Shown here: positions 57,069-64,000 of the stretch, in pieces
Position numbering within the stretch: position 1 is the first letter of the stretch
How the letters are laid out: every line of letters begins with the position of its first letter
Origin: Candidatus Polarisedimenticolaceae bacterium
GTDB lineage: Bacteria > Acidobacteriota > Polarisedimenticolia > Polarisedimenticolales > DASRJG01
Direction of reading: 5' to 3'
DNA: 64,000 nt
NCBI GenBank assembly: GCA_036275915.1
Contig: DASUCV010000018.1
Location: 291,054-355,053, forward strand
Made by a program: the position numbers and the translations under genes
The notes under the pieces: generated by a model
Database searches by the model: none
Seen by the model: only the letters and a program-made list of their open reading frames with translations
Told to the model about the DNA's origin: nothing

Positions 57069-57941
57069 CTAGCGCGGAACGTAGGCGTCGAGCAGGACGC
57101 CGAGGCGCGCCCGCGCGTCCGGCGGAATCGCCGCAGCGGGCGTGATGAGCGCGTGGCGGAGCGCTTCGCCGCACGTGCAGGCGGCGCGCGCGCGCGGCAG
57201 CGTCCGCACCGTCTCGTGGAGTACCCGGCCGGCGAGCGCGGCGTTGTCCTTCAGGATCTCGAGGATCGTCCCGACCGAGACGTCGTCCTCGGTCTCGTGC
57301 CAGCAGTCGTAGTCGGTGACGAGGGCGAGGGTCGCGTAGCAGATCTCGGCCTCGCGGGCGAGCTTCGCCTCGGTCAGGTTCGTCATGCCGATGACGTCGA
57401 CGCCCCACGACCGATACAGGCGCGACTCGGCCCTCGTGGAGAACGCCGGGCCCTCCATGCAGAGGTAGGTCCCGCCGTCGTGCGCCGTCGCCCCTGACGA
57501 CCGCGCCGCGGCGAGGAGTGTCATGCGCGTCTCCGGGCAGACGGGATCGGCGAACCCGACGTGCGCGGCGACCCCCTCGCCGAAGAACGTCGCCTTGCGC
57601 CCGCGCGTGCGGTCGATGAACTGATCGGGAACGACGACGTCCCGCGGGTGGATCGTCTCGCGCATCGAGCCGACCGCCGACGCGGACAGGATCCTCGTGA
57701 CGCCGAGGCTCTTGAGTGCGTAGAGGTTCGCGCGATAGTTGATCTCGCCGGGGAGAAGGCGGTGGTTGCGTCCGTGCCGTGCGAGGAAGGCGACCGGCCG
57801 CCCGTCGATCCGCCCGGTCACGATCGTGTCGGACGGCTCGCCGAAGGGGGTGTCGACTCGGATCTCGCTGGGGTCGCCCAGGCCGGCGAGCGCGTAGAGC
57901 CCGCTGCCTCCGATGAGGCCGATCTCGGACGGCTCCGTCAC
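57069..57941 (-). CDS. mtnP: S-methyl-5'-thioadenosine phosphorylase
   Basis: 290 aa from GTG 57941. The track ORF to 60353 is an out-of-frame shadow of the upstream gene. Motifs: IGLIGGSGL, FLARHG, NYRANLYALKSLGV, GMTNLTEAKLAREAEICYA. Confidence 0.9.
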   Translation of the reverse strand: MTEPSEIGLIGGSGLYALAGLGDPSEIRVDTPFGEPSDTIVTGRIDGRPVAFLARHGRNHRLLPGEINYRANLYALKSLGVTRILSASAVGSMRETIHPRDVVVPDQFIDRTRGRKATFFGEGVAAHVGFADPVCPETRMTLLAAARSSGATAHDGGTYLCMEGPAFSTRAESRLYRSWGVDVIGMTNLTEAKLAREAEICYATLALVTDYDCWHETEDDVSVGTILEILKDNAALAGRVLHETVRTLPRARAACTCGEALRHALITPAAAIPPDARARLGVLLDAYVPR

Positions 57942-59887
57942 GGAGCGCCGACGACGCTCGATGCGAGCGCCTTCACCTCGTTCGGGAGGGCCGCGGGATC
58001 GTCGACGCGGCGCGTGGCTCCGCGCCACGACAGCTCGGCGCCCGCCGGACCGCCCTTCCGCGTGCGGATGACGACCCAGCCGTGCGGCACGTCGAGCGCC
58101 GAGCGACGGAGCGCGGCTGCGGCGGGATCGCCGTCGGCCCCTTCGATCGTGATGACGAGCGGATCGTTCAGGAGCTCGTCGATCGCCAGGCCCGACTCGA
58201 TGGCGCGGGCACCGTGGGACGCGAGGTCCCCGGCATAGTTGCCGAGGATCGCGCGCGCCGTGTCGCGGCCGTCCTGGATCTCGCCCAGGGCCTCGAGCCG
58301 CACGAGAACGCGTGCGATCCGCGTGTTGTCGGCCATCGGCCGGAACGGCATGTCCATGAGGCCGAACTCGGCGCCGCCGGTCGGAACGTGGTCCCGGTAG
58401 CTCGTCTCGGTTCCGGTCTTCATGTTGTTGCGGACGAAGGCGACGATCCCCTTGGCCGCATCGAGATAGCGCGCGTCGCCGGTGGCCTCGTACGCGTCCT
58501 CGAAGCCGAAGGCGACGTCGGCCTGGGTGACGAGGAACCGGCCGGCGTCCGGGTCGGGCTCGACGACGTGGTCGGCGCCGCGTCCCGGCTTGACCGAGCG
58601 CGTGAGGACCAGGTCGAGAGCGCCGCGTCCCGCGCGCTCGAGAGCCGGATCGCCGAGGATCGCTCCCGTGCGGAGGAGCGCCGCGCCCGCGAGCGCGTTG
58701 GGCCCCGCGAGGACGAGCTTGTCGACCTGCGGGGCGTGCGCGGGGTCGCGCGGGGAGGTCGTCCAGTAGGCGCCGCCGTCGAGCGACGTTGGATCCGCGG
58801 ACTGCGCGTGGTAGAACCCGCCGCCCGGGCGCGCGAGCACCGTGGTCACGAACCGCGCGGTGCCGGCGAGCGCCTCGCGCAGGCCGGGCGCCTCGGCGGT
58901 CCGGAGCGCGAAGGTCATCTCGCGCATGAGGTCGGTGTTCGCCGAGAGCATCTTCTCGTACTGGATCGAGCCCCAATCCGGTGCCGCCGCCATGCGATGG
59001 AACCCGCCGTCGATCCCGTCGTAGAGCGGGCTCGCGATCATCTTGCCGAGCGTGTTCTTCCCGATCGCGAGGAGCGCCGGCTGCGCGCGGTCCGACCGCA
59101 CCGCGGCCCACTCGGCGAGGCATTCGATCGCGTACTTCGGCGCGATGCCGAAGCCGCCGTTCTTCTGGTCGGCGTTCCCCAGGATCCACCGGACCAGATC
59201 TTCGTTGGCCTTCGGGTCGACCGGTCCGGGCTTGACGTCCTCGAGATCGACACGGTGCTCGTAGATCTGCGACACGCCGCTCAGCACGTTCTGCCACTTC
59301 TCGAAGTACTTGCGCCCCTCGTTGAGGTTGAAGAGGAGAGTCTTCGAGTCGACGAAGCCGATGCTGATCGGGAGCGCCAACCCCTTGGGGTTGGCCTGGC
59401 TCAGCATCGGCGCTCCGTCGGGGAGGAGGAGCGAGATCGCGGGCCAGTTCCCCGTGCCGTAGCGCGCAAAGATGTCCGGGTGGCGGTCGGCGCGCACCGC
59501 GACCGAGATGTAGTCGTGATTCAGGACTCGCAGCGCGACCGGATCGGCGAGCGCCTCCTTCATGATCCGCTGGCCGAACCGGTTCCAGGGCACGGAGACG
59601 AAGAGGAAGACCGGCTGGTTGAAGAGGGAGGCACGCTGGAACGTGAGCCCGGTCCAGGGGAGCCAGTAGAGGCGCTCCTCGAGATCCTTCGGGGGCCAGT
59701 CCTTGAACGCGGACTGCGCCGGGAGGTTGAGGTCGACCCCTCGGAGATAGAAGGGCACGACGAACTTCGACGGCGGCAACGGCGCGGCCTGGGGGCTTTC
59801 CGCGGAAGGAGGAGCCTCCTGCGCGGCGAGCGGGGCGACGGCGAAGCACAATGCGGCGGCGATCGAGACGCTGAGTGCCCGGCTCAT
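57938..59887 (-). CDS. Exported YyaL/DUF255-like protein (thioredoxin-like N-domain lacking CxxC + alpha/alpha-barrel domain)
   Basis: 649 aa from ATG 59887, which lies downstream of the 59922-59950 promoter. Signal peptide MSRALSVSIAAALCFAVAPLAAQ. DUF255-like VAVRADRHPDIF and GGFHRMAAAPDWGSIQYEKMLSANTDL are present. The usual CHWC is replaced by NRFG. Confidence 0.7.
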   Translation of the reverse strand: MSRALSVSIAAALCFAVAPLAAQEAPPSAESPQAAPLPPSKFVVPFYLRGVDLNLPAQSAFKDWPPKDLEERLYWLPWTGLTFQRASLFNQPVFLFVSVPWNRFGQRIMKEALADPVALRVLNHDYISVAVRADRHPDIFARYGTGNWPAISLLLPDGAPMLSQANPKGLALPISIGFVDSKTLLFNLNEGRKYFEKWQNVLSGVSQIYEHRVDLEDVKPGPVDPKANEDLVRWILGNADQKNGGFGIAPKYAIECLAEWAAVRSDRAQPALLAIGKNTLGKMIASPLYDGIDGGFHRMAAAPDWGSIQYEKMLSANTDLMREMTFALRTAEAPGLREALAGTARFVTTVLARPGGGFYHAQSADPTSLDGGAYWTTSPRDPAHAPQVDKLVLAGPNALAGAALLRTGAILGDPALERAGRGALDLVLTRSVKPGRGADHVVEPDPDAGRFLVTQADVAFGFEDAYEATGDARYLDAAKGIVAFVRNNMKTGTETSYRDHVPTGGAEFGLMDMPFRPMADNTRIARVLVRLEALGEIQDGRDTARAILGNYAGDLASHGARAIESGLAIDELLNDPLVITIEGADGDPAAAALRRSALDVPHGWVVIRTRKGGPAGAELSWRGATRRVDDPAALPNEVKALASSVVGAP

Positions 59888-59921
59888 CCTGTCTCCGGAA
59901 GTGGCAGGCCGAAAAGCGCTC

Positions 59922-59950
59922 ATTATCCCGGCCGGAAGCAGCACCGTCAA
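59922..59950 (-). promoter_or_regulatory. Sigma70-type promoter heading the long minus-strand gene run (TTGACG-17-GATAAT on minus strand)
   Basis: On the minus strand TTGACG = 59950-59945, then a 17-nt spacer, then GATAAT = 59927-59922. This is 34 nt upstream of ATG 59887. Confidence 0.55.
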
Positions 59951-59995
59951 GCCGCGCCCATGGCACGCCGGCGCCCTCGTCCTTAACTTCATGGC

Positions 59996-61018
59996 GTGCC
60001 GCCTCTCGCCGCAGCCCTCGCCGGGGGGGCGATCCTCCTCGCCGCCGTCCTCGCGTCGGCCCTCGTTCTGAGGTCGCGCCGGGCCGCTGCCGCCGCGGCC
60101 GAGGAAGCCGCGTCACGCGCGTCGGAGCTCGCCGTCCTCCAGGCCCTCGGCCTCGATCTCGCCTCGGCGCGGAGCGCCGGCCAGGCGTTCGCCGCGGTCG
60201 ATCGCGAGTGCCGCAAGCTCCTCGCCGCCGACGAGGTCGCGCTCGGTCTCGTCCTGGGCGACGGACCGGAGATGACGGTCCACGCCCGCGCCGCGGCCGA
60301 GCGGGAGGCGCGCCTCCTCCGCGCGCCGGTCCCGCGCGACCGGCGGCCGTCATCGCGCGACGGGGCGCTCACCGTCCCCCTGGTCTCCGGCGACGCGATC
60401 GTCGGGACGCTGACGGTGAAGCTCCGGGCGGGCGGTGCTCACGAGGACCGCGATCTCACCGCTCTGACCGCCCTGTCCGCTCCGGTAGCGCTCGCGGCCC
60501 TCGCGCTCCGTGTCCGGCACGAGGCGACCCACGATCCGTTGACGGGACTCGCGCTCGGTGACGTCGTCGCCTCACGGCTGACCGAGGAGCTCGCGCGCGC
60601 GGAGCGCCACGGCCAGCGTGTGGCCGTCATCATGGCCGATCTCGACGGCTTCCGTGTCGTCACGGAGCGGTACGGTTCCGACGCCGCCGACCGGTTCCTC
60701 GCCGCGGCTGCGGACGCCCTCCGCCGTGAGCTCCGCGCGAGCGACCTCGTGGTCCGTCACCGCGCCGACGCTTTCTGCGTCCTCCTTCCGGCGACAGGCA
60801 TCCTGGGCGCCGACCGGCTCGCGGAGCGCATGCGCGGCGCGATCGCTCGTCTCCAGGTCGTCCACGGAGACGCGACGCTCCAGGCCACGGCGTCGTTCGG
60901 TGTCGCGGCCCATCCCGAGCACGGGGCGACGGCCCGTACGCTCCTTTACCGCGCCGACGCCGCGCTCCACCGGGCGAAGCGCGCGGGGCGAGACCGCGTC
61001 GCGATCGCGACCGTCTAG
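59996..61018 (+). CDS. Membrane-anchored GGDEF-domain protein with degenerate active site (RADAF) and retained RxxD I-site
   Basis: 340 aa from GTG 59996. There is an N-terminal TM helix and a GAF-like middle region. The GGDEF fold reads HDPLTGL, VIMADLDGFRVV, RASDLVVRHRADAFCVLLP, ASFGVA, ADAALHRAKRAGRDRV. The GG(D/E)EF position reads RADAF (60761-60775). Confidence 0.8.
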   Translation: MPPLAAALAGGAILLAAVLASALVLRSRRAAAAAAEEAASRASELAVLQALGLDLASARSAGQAFAAVDRECRKLLAADEVALGLVLGDGPEMTVHARAAAEREARLLRAPVPRDRRPSSRDGALTVPLVSGDAIVGTLTVKLRAGGAHEDRDLTALTALSAPVALAALALRVRHEATHDPLTGLALGDVVASRLTEELARAERHGQRVAVIMADLDGFRVVTERYGSDAADRFLAAAADALRRELRASDLVVRHRADAFCVLLPATGILGADRLAERMRGAIARLQVVHGDATLQATASFGVAAHPEHGATARTLLYRADAALHRAKRAGRDRVAIATV

Positions 61019-61022
61019 CGCG

Positions 61023-61742
61023 TCAACGCCCCAGGACCTCGAGCACGCTCCTGCCGGTGCGGCGGGCGAAACCGTCGGAGAGCGACGGCAGCGCGGGCGT
61101 TCCGCGGTCGAGGAGGACACGCTCGACGCGCGCCATCGGGACGAAAAGGACCGAGGGAACGATCCCCTCCTCGTTGCGCTCGATCTGCGAGGTCCAGGAA
61201 TCGAACGACGCGAGGTCGAACCCTTCGATCGTGATTCCGGACGCGTCGCGCTCGCGGAGGATTCCCCAGAGCTTCTCGTGCGGATCGCGCAGGTAGAGCA
61301 GCACCGGCTCCCCCGGCGTCACGCCGCGCGCCCGCGCGCTCTCCGGCTTCTCGACGAGCTCGACGAGGACGCCGCCCGCGGCGCGCGGGTGGAGGAAGGC
61401 AACCTTGGTCCCGGAGGCGCCGGGACGCGGCGCGTCGTCGAGGAGCGGAACCCCCGCCGCGCGGAGGCGGTCGAGGACCGGCTGGATCGCCTCGACCTGG
61501 AAGGTGACGTGGTGGATCCCCTCGCCGCGCTTCTCGACGAACTTCGCGATCGGCGAATCGGGCCGGCTCGCCTCGAGCAGCTCGACGCGCGACTCTCCCG
61601 CGGGGAGGAACGCGACGACGACGCCCTCCGTCGGAACGTCCTCCCGGCCCGCCTCGCGCATACCGAGGGCGTCGCGCCAGAAACGGAGGCGCTCCTCGAG
61701 GTTCTTCACCGCGATCCCGACGTGGTCGATCGTCAAGCTCAT
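61023..61742 (-). CDS. Methylmalonyl-CoA epimerase (VOC/glyoxalase fold) with ~100-aa C-terminal extension of unknown function
   Basis: 239 aa. The first ~135 aa read IDHVGIAVKNLEERLRFW, RVELLEASRPDSPIAKFVEKRGEGIHHVTFQV, VAFLHPRAAGGVLVELVE. The remaining ~104 aa (61023-61337) match nothing I recognise. Confidence 0.85.
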   Translation of the reverse strand: MSLTIDHVGIAVKNLEERLRFWRDALGMREAGREDVPTEGVVVAFLPAGESRVELLEASRPDSPIAKFVEKRGEGIHHVTFQVEAIQPVLDRLRAAGVPLLDDAPRPGASGTKVAFLHPRAAGGVLVELVEKPESARARGVTPGEPVLLYLRDPHEKLWGILRERDASGITIEGFDLASFDSWTSQIERNEEGIVPSVLFVPMARVERVLLDRGTPALPSLSDGFARRTGRSVLEVLGR

Positions 61743-62668
61743 GACGGCTTCCCCTCGCGGAGCAGCCGCTCCGCCGCGGTGTAGGGATCGAGACGGCGCT
61801 CGGCGATCTCGCCGACGATCTCGTCGAACCGGCGTCCCTCCGCGCGCACGCCGGCCAGGAACCGGTCGGTGAGGACCCCGAGGAAGCGCATCTCCGCGCG
61901 CTCGCGCCGCCGGGCTGCGCGGTGAGCCTCGGGGTCGGACGCGACGAGCCCCATGAGGCCGGTCGCGAGCTCCGGGATGCCTTCCCCCGACAGCGCGATC
62001 GTCCTGAAGATCGGAGGCTTCGGCGCCGACGGGTGCGGCGCCAGCGCCATCATCGCCTCGAGATCGGCGGCGACACGGTCGGCTCCCGCGCGGTCCGCCT
62101 TGTTGATCACGAAGACGTCGGCGATCTCGAGGATGCCTGCTTTGATCGCCTGGATGTCGTCACCCATGCCGGGAACGAGGACCACCGCGACCAGGTCCGC
62201 CGCGCGCGCCACCTCGATCTCGTCCTGACCGACGCCGACGGTCTCGACGATGACCGGGTCGTAGCCGGCGGCATCGAGGAGATCGACCGCGTCGCTCGCC
62301 GCGCGGGAGAGGCCGCCCATGTGGCCGCGGCTCGCCATCGAGCGGATGAAGACGCCGGGGTCGGTCGCGTGCCCCTGCATGCGGACCCGGTCGCCGAGGA
62401 TCGCCCCGCCCGAGTAGGCGCTCGACGGATCGACGGCGACGACGCCGACTCTCTTCCCCTCGGACCGGTACGCGGCGACGAGCCGGTCGACGAGGCTCGA
62501 CTTCCCCGCGCCCGGCGAGCCGGTGATCCCGACGACCGTCGCGGCTCCCGTGTGCGGGAACAGCTCGCGGAGGATGTCCGCCGAGCCGGCGGCGCCGTCC
62601 TCGACGTCGCTGATCGCGCGCGCCAGCGCGCGCACGTCGCCGCCCAGGATGCGCGCGACGATCTCCAC
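61739..62668 (-). CDS. meaB: Methylmalonyl-CoA mutase-associated G3E GTPase MeaB/ArgK
   Basis: 309 aa from GTG 62668. P-loop GITGSPGAGKSSL, then AVDPSS..SGGAILGDRVRM, ETVGVGQDE and INKADR. Confidence 0.9.
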   Translation of the reverse strand: MEIVARILGGDVRALARAISDVEDGAAGSADILRELFPHTGAATVVGITGSPGAGKSSLVDRLVAAYRSEGKRVGVVAVDPSSAYSGGAILGDRVRMQGHATDPGVFIRSMASRGHMGGLSRAASDAVDLLDAAGYDPVIVETVGVGQDEIEVARAADLVAVVLVPGMGDDIQAIKAGILEIADVFVINKADRAGADRVAADLEAMMALAPHPSAPKPPIFRTIALSGEGIPELATGLMGLVASDPEAHRAARRRERAEMRFLGVLTDRFLAGVRAEGRRFDEIVGEIAERRLDPYTAAERLLREGKPS

Positions 62669-63816
62669 TAGATCGCCTTCAGGAGCTCGCGGGCGATGAC
62701 GAGGCGCTGGATCTCGCTCGTCCCCTCGCCGATCGTGCACAGCTTCATGTCGCGGTAATACTTCTCCGCGGGAAAGTCCTTGACGTAGCCGTAGCCGCCG
62801 AAGATCTGGAGCGCGCGGTCCGCGATGTAGACGCCGATCTCCGACGCGTAGAGCTTCGCCATCGACGATTCGAGCGTCGTCTTCTTCCCTTGATCCTTGA
62901 GCCACGCGGCGCGGTAGACGAGGAGCGACGCCGCGTCGAGGCGGGTCGCCATCTCGGCGAGCATGTGCTGGATCGCCTGGAACTCCGAGATCGGCTGGCC
63001 GAACTGATGCCGCTCCTTCGAGTACTTGATCGCGGCGTCGTACGCGCCGCGCGCCATGCCGAGCGCCAGCGCGGCGATCGAGATGCGCCCGCCGTCCAGG
63101 ATCTTCATCGCGTCGACGAACCCCTCGCCGGGCACGCCGATCATCGCCTCGTCGGGGACGCGGCAGTCTTCCATGAGGACCTCCGCGGTGTCCGAGGCGC
63201 GCAGGCCCATCTTGTTCTCTTTCTTCCCGGGCTTGAATCCCGGCGTCCCCTTCTCGATCGCGAAGGCGGAGATCCCGCGCTTCCCTGCCGACGCGTCGGT
63301 GACCGCGAAGACGACAGTGAGGTCGGCGACCGAGCCGTGCGTCGTGAACGTCTTCGAGCCGTTCAGGATCCATCCCCCGCCCGGGGCGCGCTTGGCCGTC
63401 GTCTTCGTCCCGCCGGCGTCGCTTCCCGCCGTCGGCTCGGTCAGGCTCCAGGCGCCGATCCATTCGCCGCTCGCGAGCTTCGGGATGTACCGCTGGCGCT
63501 GCGCGTCGTTGCCGCAGGCGAACACGTGGTTCGTGCAGAGCGAATTGTGCGCCGCAGCGGAGATGCCGATCGAGCCGTCGACCCGGCTGAGCTCCTCGAC
63601 GACGATCACGTACTCGACGTAGCCGAGGCCGGCGCCTCCGAGACTCTCGGGGAAGAGCACGCCGTAATACCCCTGCTCGGCCGCCTTCTTCACGATCGCG
63701 CGGGGGAACTCCTGCGCCTCGTCGAACGCCATGACGTGCGGGCCGATCTCGGACTCCGCGAACTCGCGCACGGAGCGGCGCAGGAACTCCTGATCTTCGG
63801 TGAGCGCGAAATCCAC
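62668..63816 (-). CDS. Acyl-CoA dehydrogenase
   Basis: 382 aa from GTG 63816 (AGGAGG upstream). Motifs: [56 protein letters not shown]. Confidence 0.92.
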   Translation of the reverse strand: MDFALTEDQEFLRRSVREFAESEIGPHVMAFDEAQEFPRAIVKKAAEQGYYGVLFPESLGGAGLGYVEYVIVVEELSRVDGSIGISAAAHNSLCTNHVFACGNDAQRQRYIPKLASGEWIGAWSLTEPTAGSDAGGTKTTAKRAPGGGWILNGSKTFTTHGSVADLTVVFAVTDASAGKRGISAFAIEKGTPGFKPGKKENKMGLRASDTAEVLMEDCRVPDEAMIGVPGEGFVDAMKILDGGRISIAALALGMARGAYDAAIKYSKERHQFGQPISEFQAIQHMLAEMATRLDAASLLVYRAAWLKDQGKKTTLESSMAKLYASEIGVYIADRALQIFGGYGYVKDFPAEKYYRDMKLCTIGEGTSEIQRLVIARELLKAI

Positions 63817-63841
63817 GGGGACCTCCTGGGAAGCGGCGAAG

Positions 63842-63847
63842 ATTATA
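63842..63847 (-). promoter_or_regulatory. Perfect -10 hexamer TATAAT (minus strand) upstream of the acd-meaB-epimerase operon
   Basis: The reverse complement of 63842-63847 reads TATAAT, 25 nt upstream of GTG 63816. It overlaps the stop codon of the upstream partial gene. No convincing -35. Confidence 0.3.
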
Positions 63848-64000
63848 GCGAGCCGCTCACGATCTCCGAGAAGAGCTCGTTCGACCGCACGCGGCCGGCG
63901 CGCGTCAGCCGCACGCGCTCCCCCTCCCAGACGAGGAGGCCCGCCGCTTCTCCGCGCTCCCAGGCGGCGGCGTATCGCGTCCGGAGATCCGCTCCGTAGC
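63843..64000 (-). CDS. 3' end (51 codons) of a HemN/HemW-like radical-SAM family gene; rest lies beyond the window
   Basis: My own translation of the minus strand reads ...[51 protein letters not shown]. This resembles HemN_C-type C-termini (G-L-L-x-x-x-G-x-R-V-R-L-T-x-x-G-R-x-x-x-N-E-V-F). It is too short to appear in the ORF track. Confidence 0.5.
   Translation of the reverse strand, partial: YGADLRTRYAAAWERGEAAGLLVWEGERVRLTRAGRVRSNELFSEIVSGSL

Overview
This is a very GC-rich bacterial chromosomal segment; codon third positions are almost all G/C. It reads as a Gram-negative (LPS-exporting) lineage, and the gene content looks Acidobacteriota-like, but the taxon cannot be proven from sequence alone. 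I support about 57 protein-coding genes. They are tightly packed, with many 4-nt ATGA/GTGA start-stop overlaps. I found no rRNA, tRNA, CRISPR array, transposase, integrase or obvious defence island.

The plus-strand block 1-40657 carries:
- dnaK(3' part)-hsp20-sigma70 family-DnaC-like-enoyl-CoA hydratase
- the classical lptC/A-lptB-rpoN-hpf cluster
- a split B12 acyl-CoA mutase followed by a response regulator
- valS-nadC-birA-coaX-LMW-PTP-hypothetical-comEC, then a minus-strand M50 peptidase that overlaps the comEC 3' end
- a secreted His/Gly + Tyr/Gly-rich PEGA protein
- a minus-strand HU/IHF gene, then der-yihY
- a four-gene MglA-type GTPase module
- trpS-scpA-scpB-rluB, rpsA-IHF-miaB, a BFN nuclease-domain gene, parA-parB and a fused lptF/lptG

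The minus-strand block 59887-40664 is one long co-directional run:
- YyaL-like, mtnP, pfkB kinase, ribH, nusB
- leuS-lptE-holA, guaA, dnaE
- metK-ahcY and an AlkP-family/TPR lipoprotein

The 3' end of the window has a degenerate GGDEF gene, acd-meaB-epimerase, and a partial HemW-like gene.

Several intergenic gaps carry clean TTGAC(A/C/G)-17 nt-TAnnnT promoters or TGnTATACT extended -10 boxes.

Most of the window is ordinary core genome. The best candidate for something undescribed is the operon at 25.1-29.0 kb. It encodes an MglA-type GTPase with a ~280-aa Pro/Ala-rich tail, a signal-peptide HEAT-repeat protein, a cNMP-binding/FHA fusion and a small secreted protein, and no MglB is adjacent.

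Secondary curiosities:
- a RomR-like receiver protein coupled to the mutase genes
- multi-module LptC/A and fused LptF/G
- a 366-bp comEC/M50 convergent overlap
- an 81% AT island at a convergent gene junction
- a degenerate GGDEF that keeps its I-site
- an epimerase with an unknown C-terminal domain

All functional calls come from reading the translated ORFs by eye. No searches were run.
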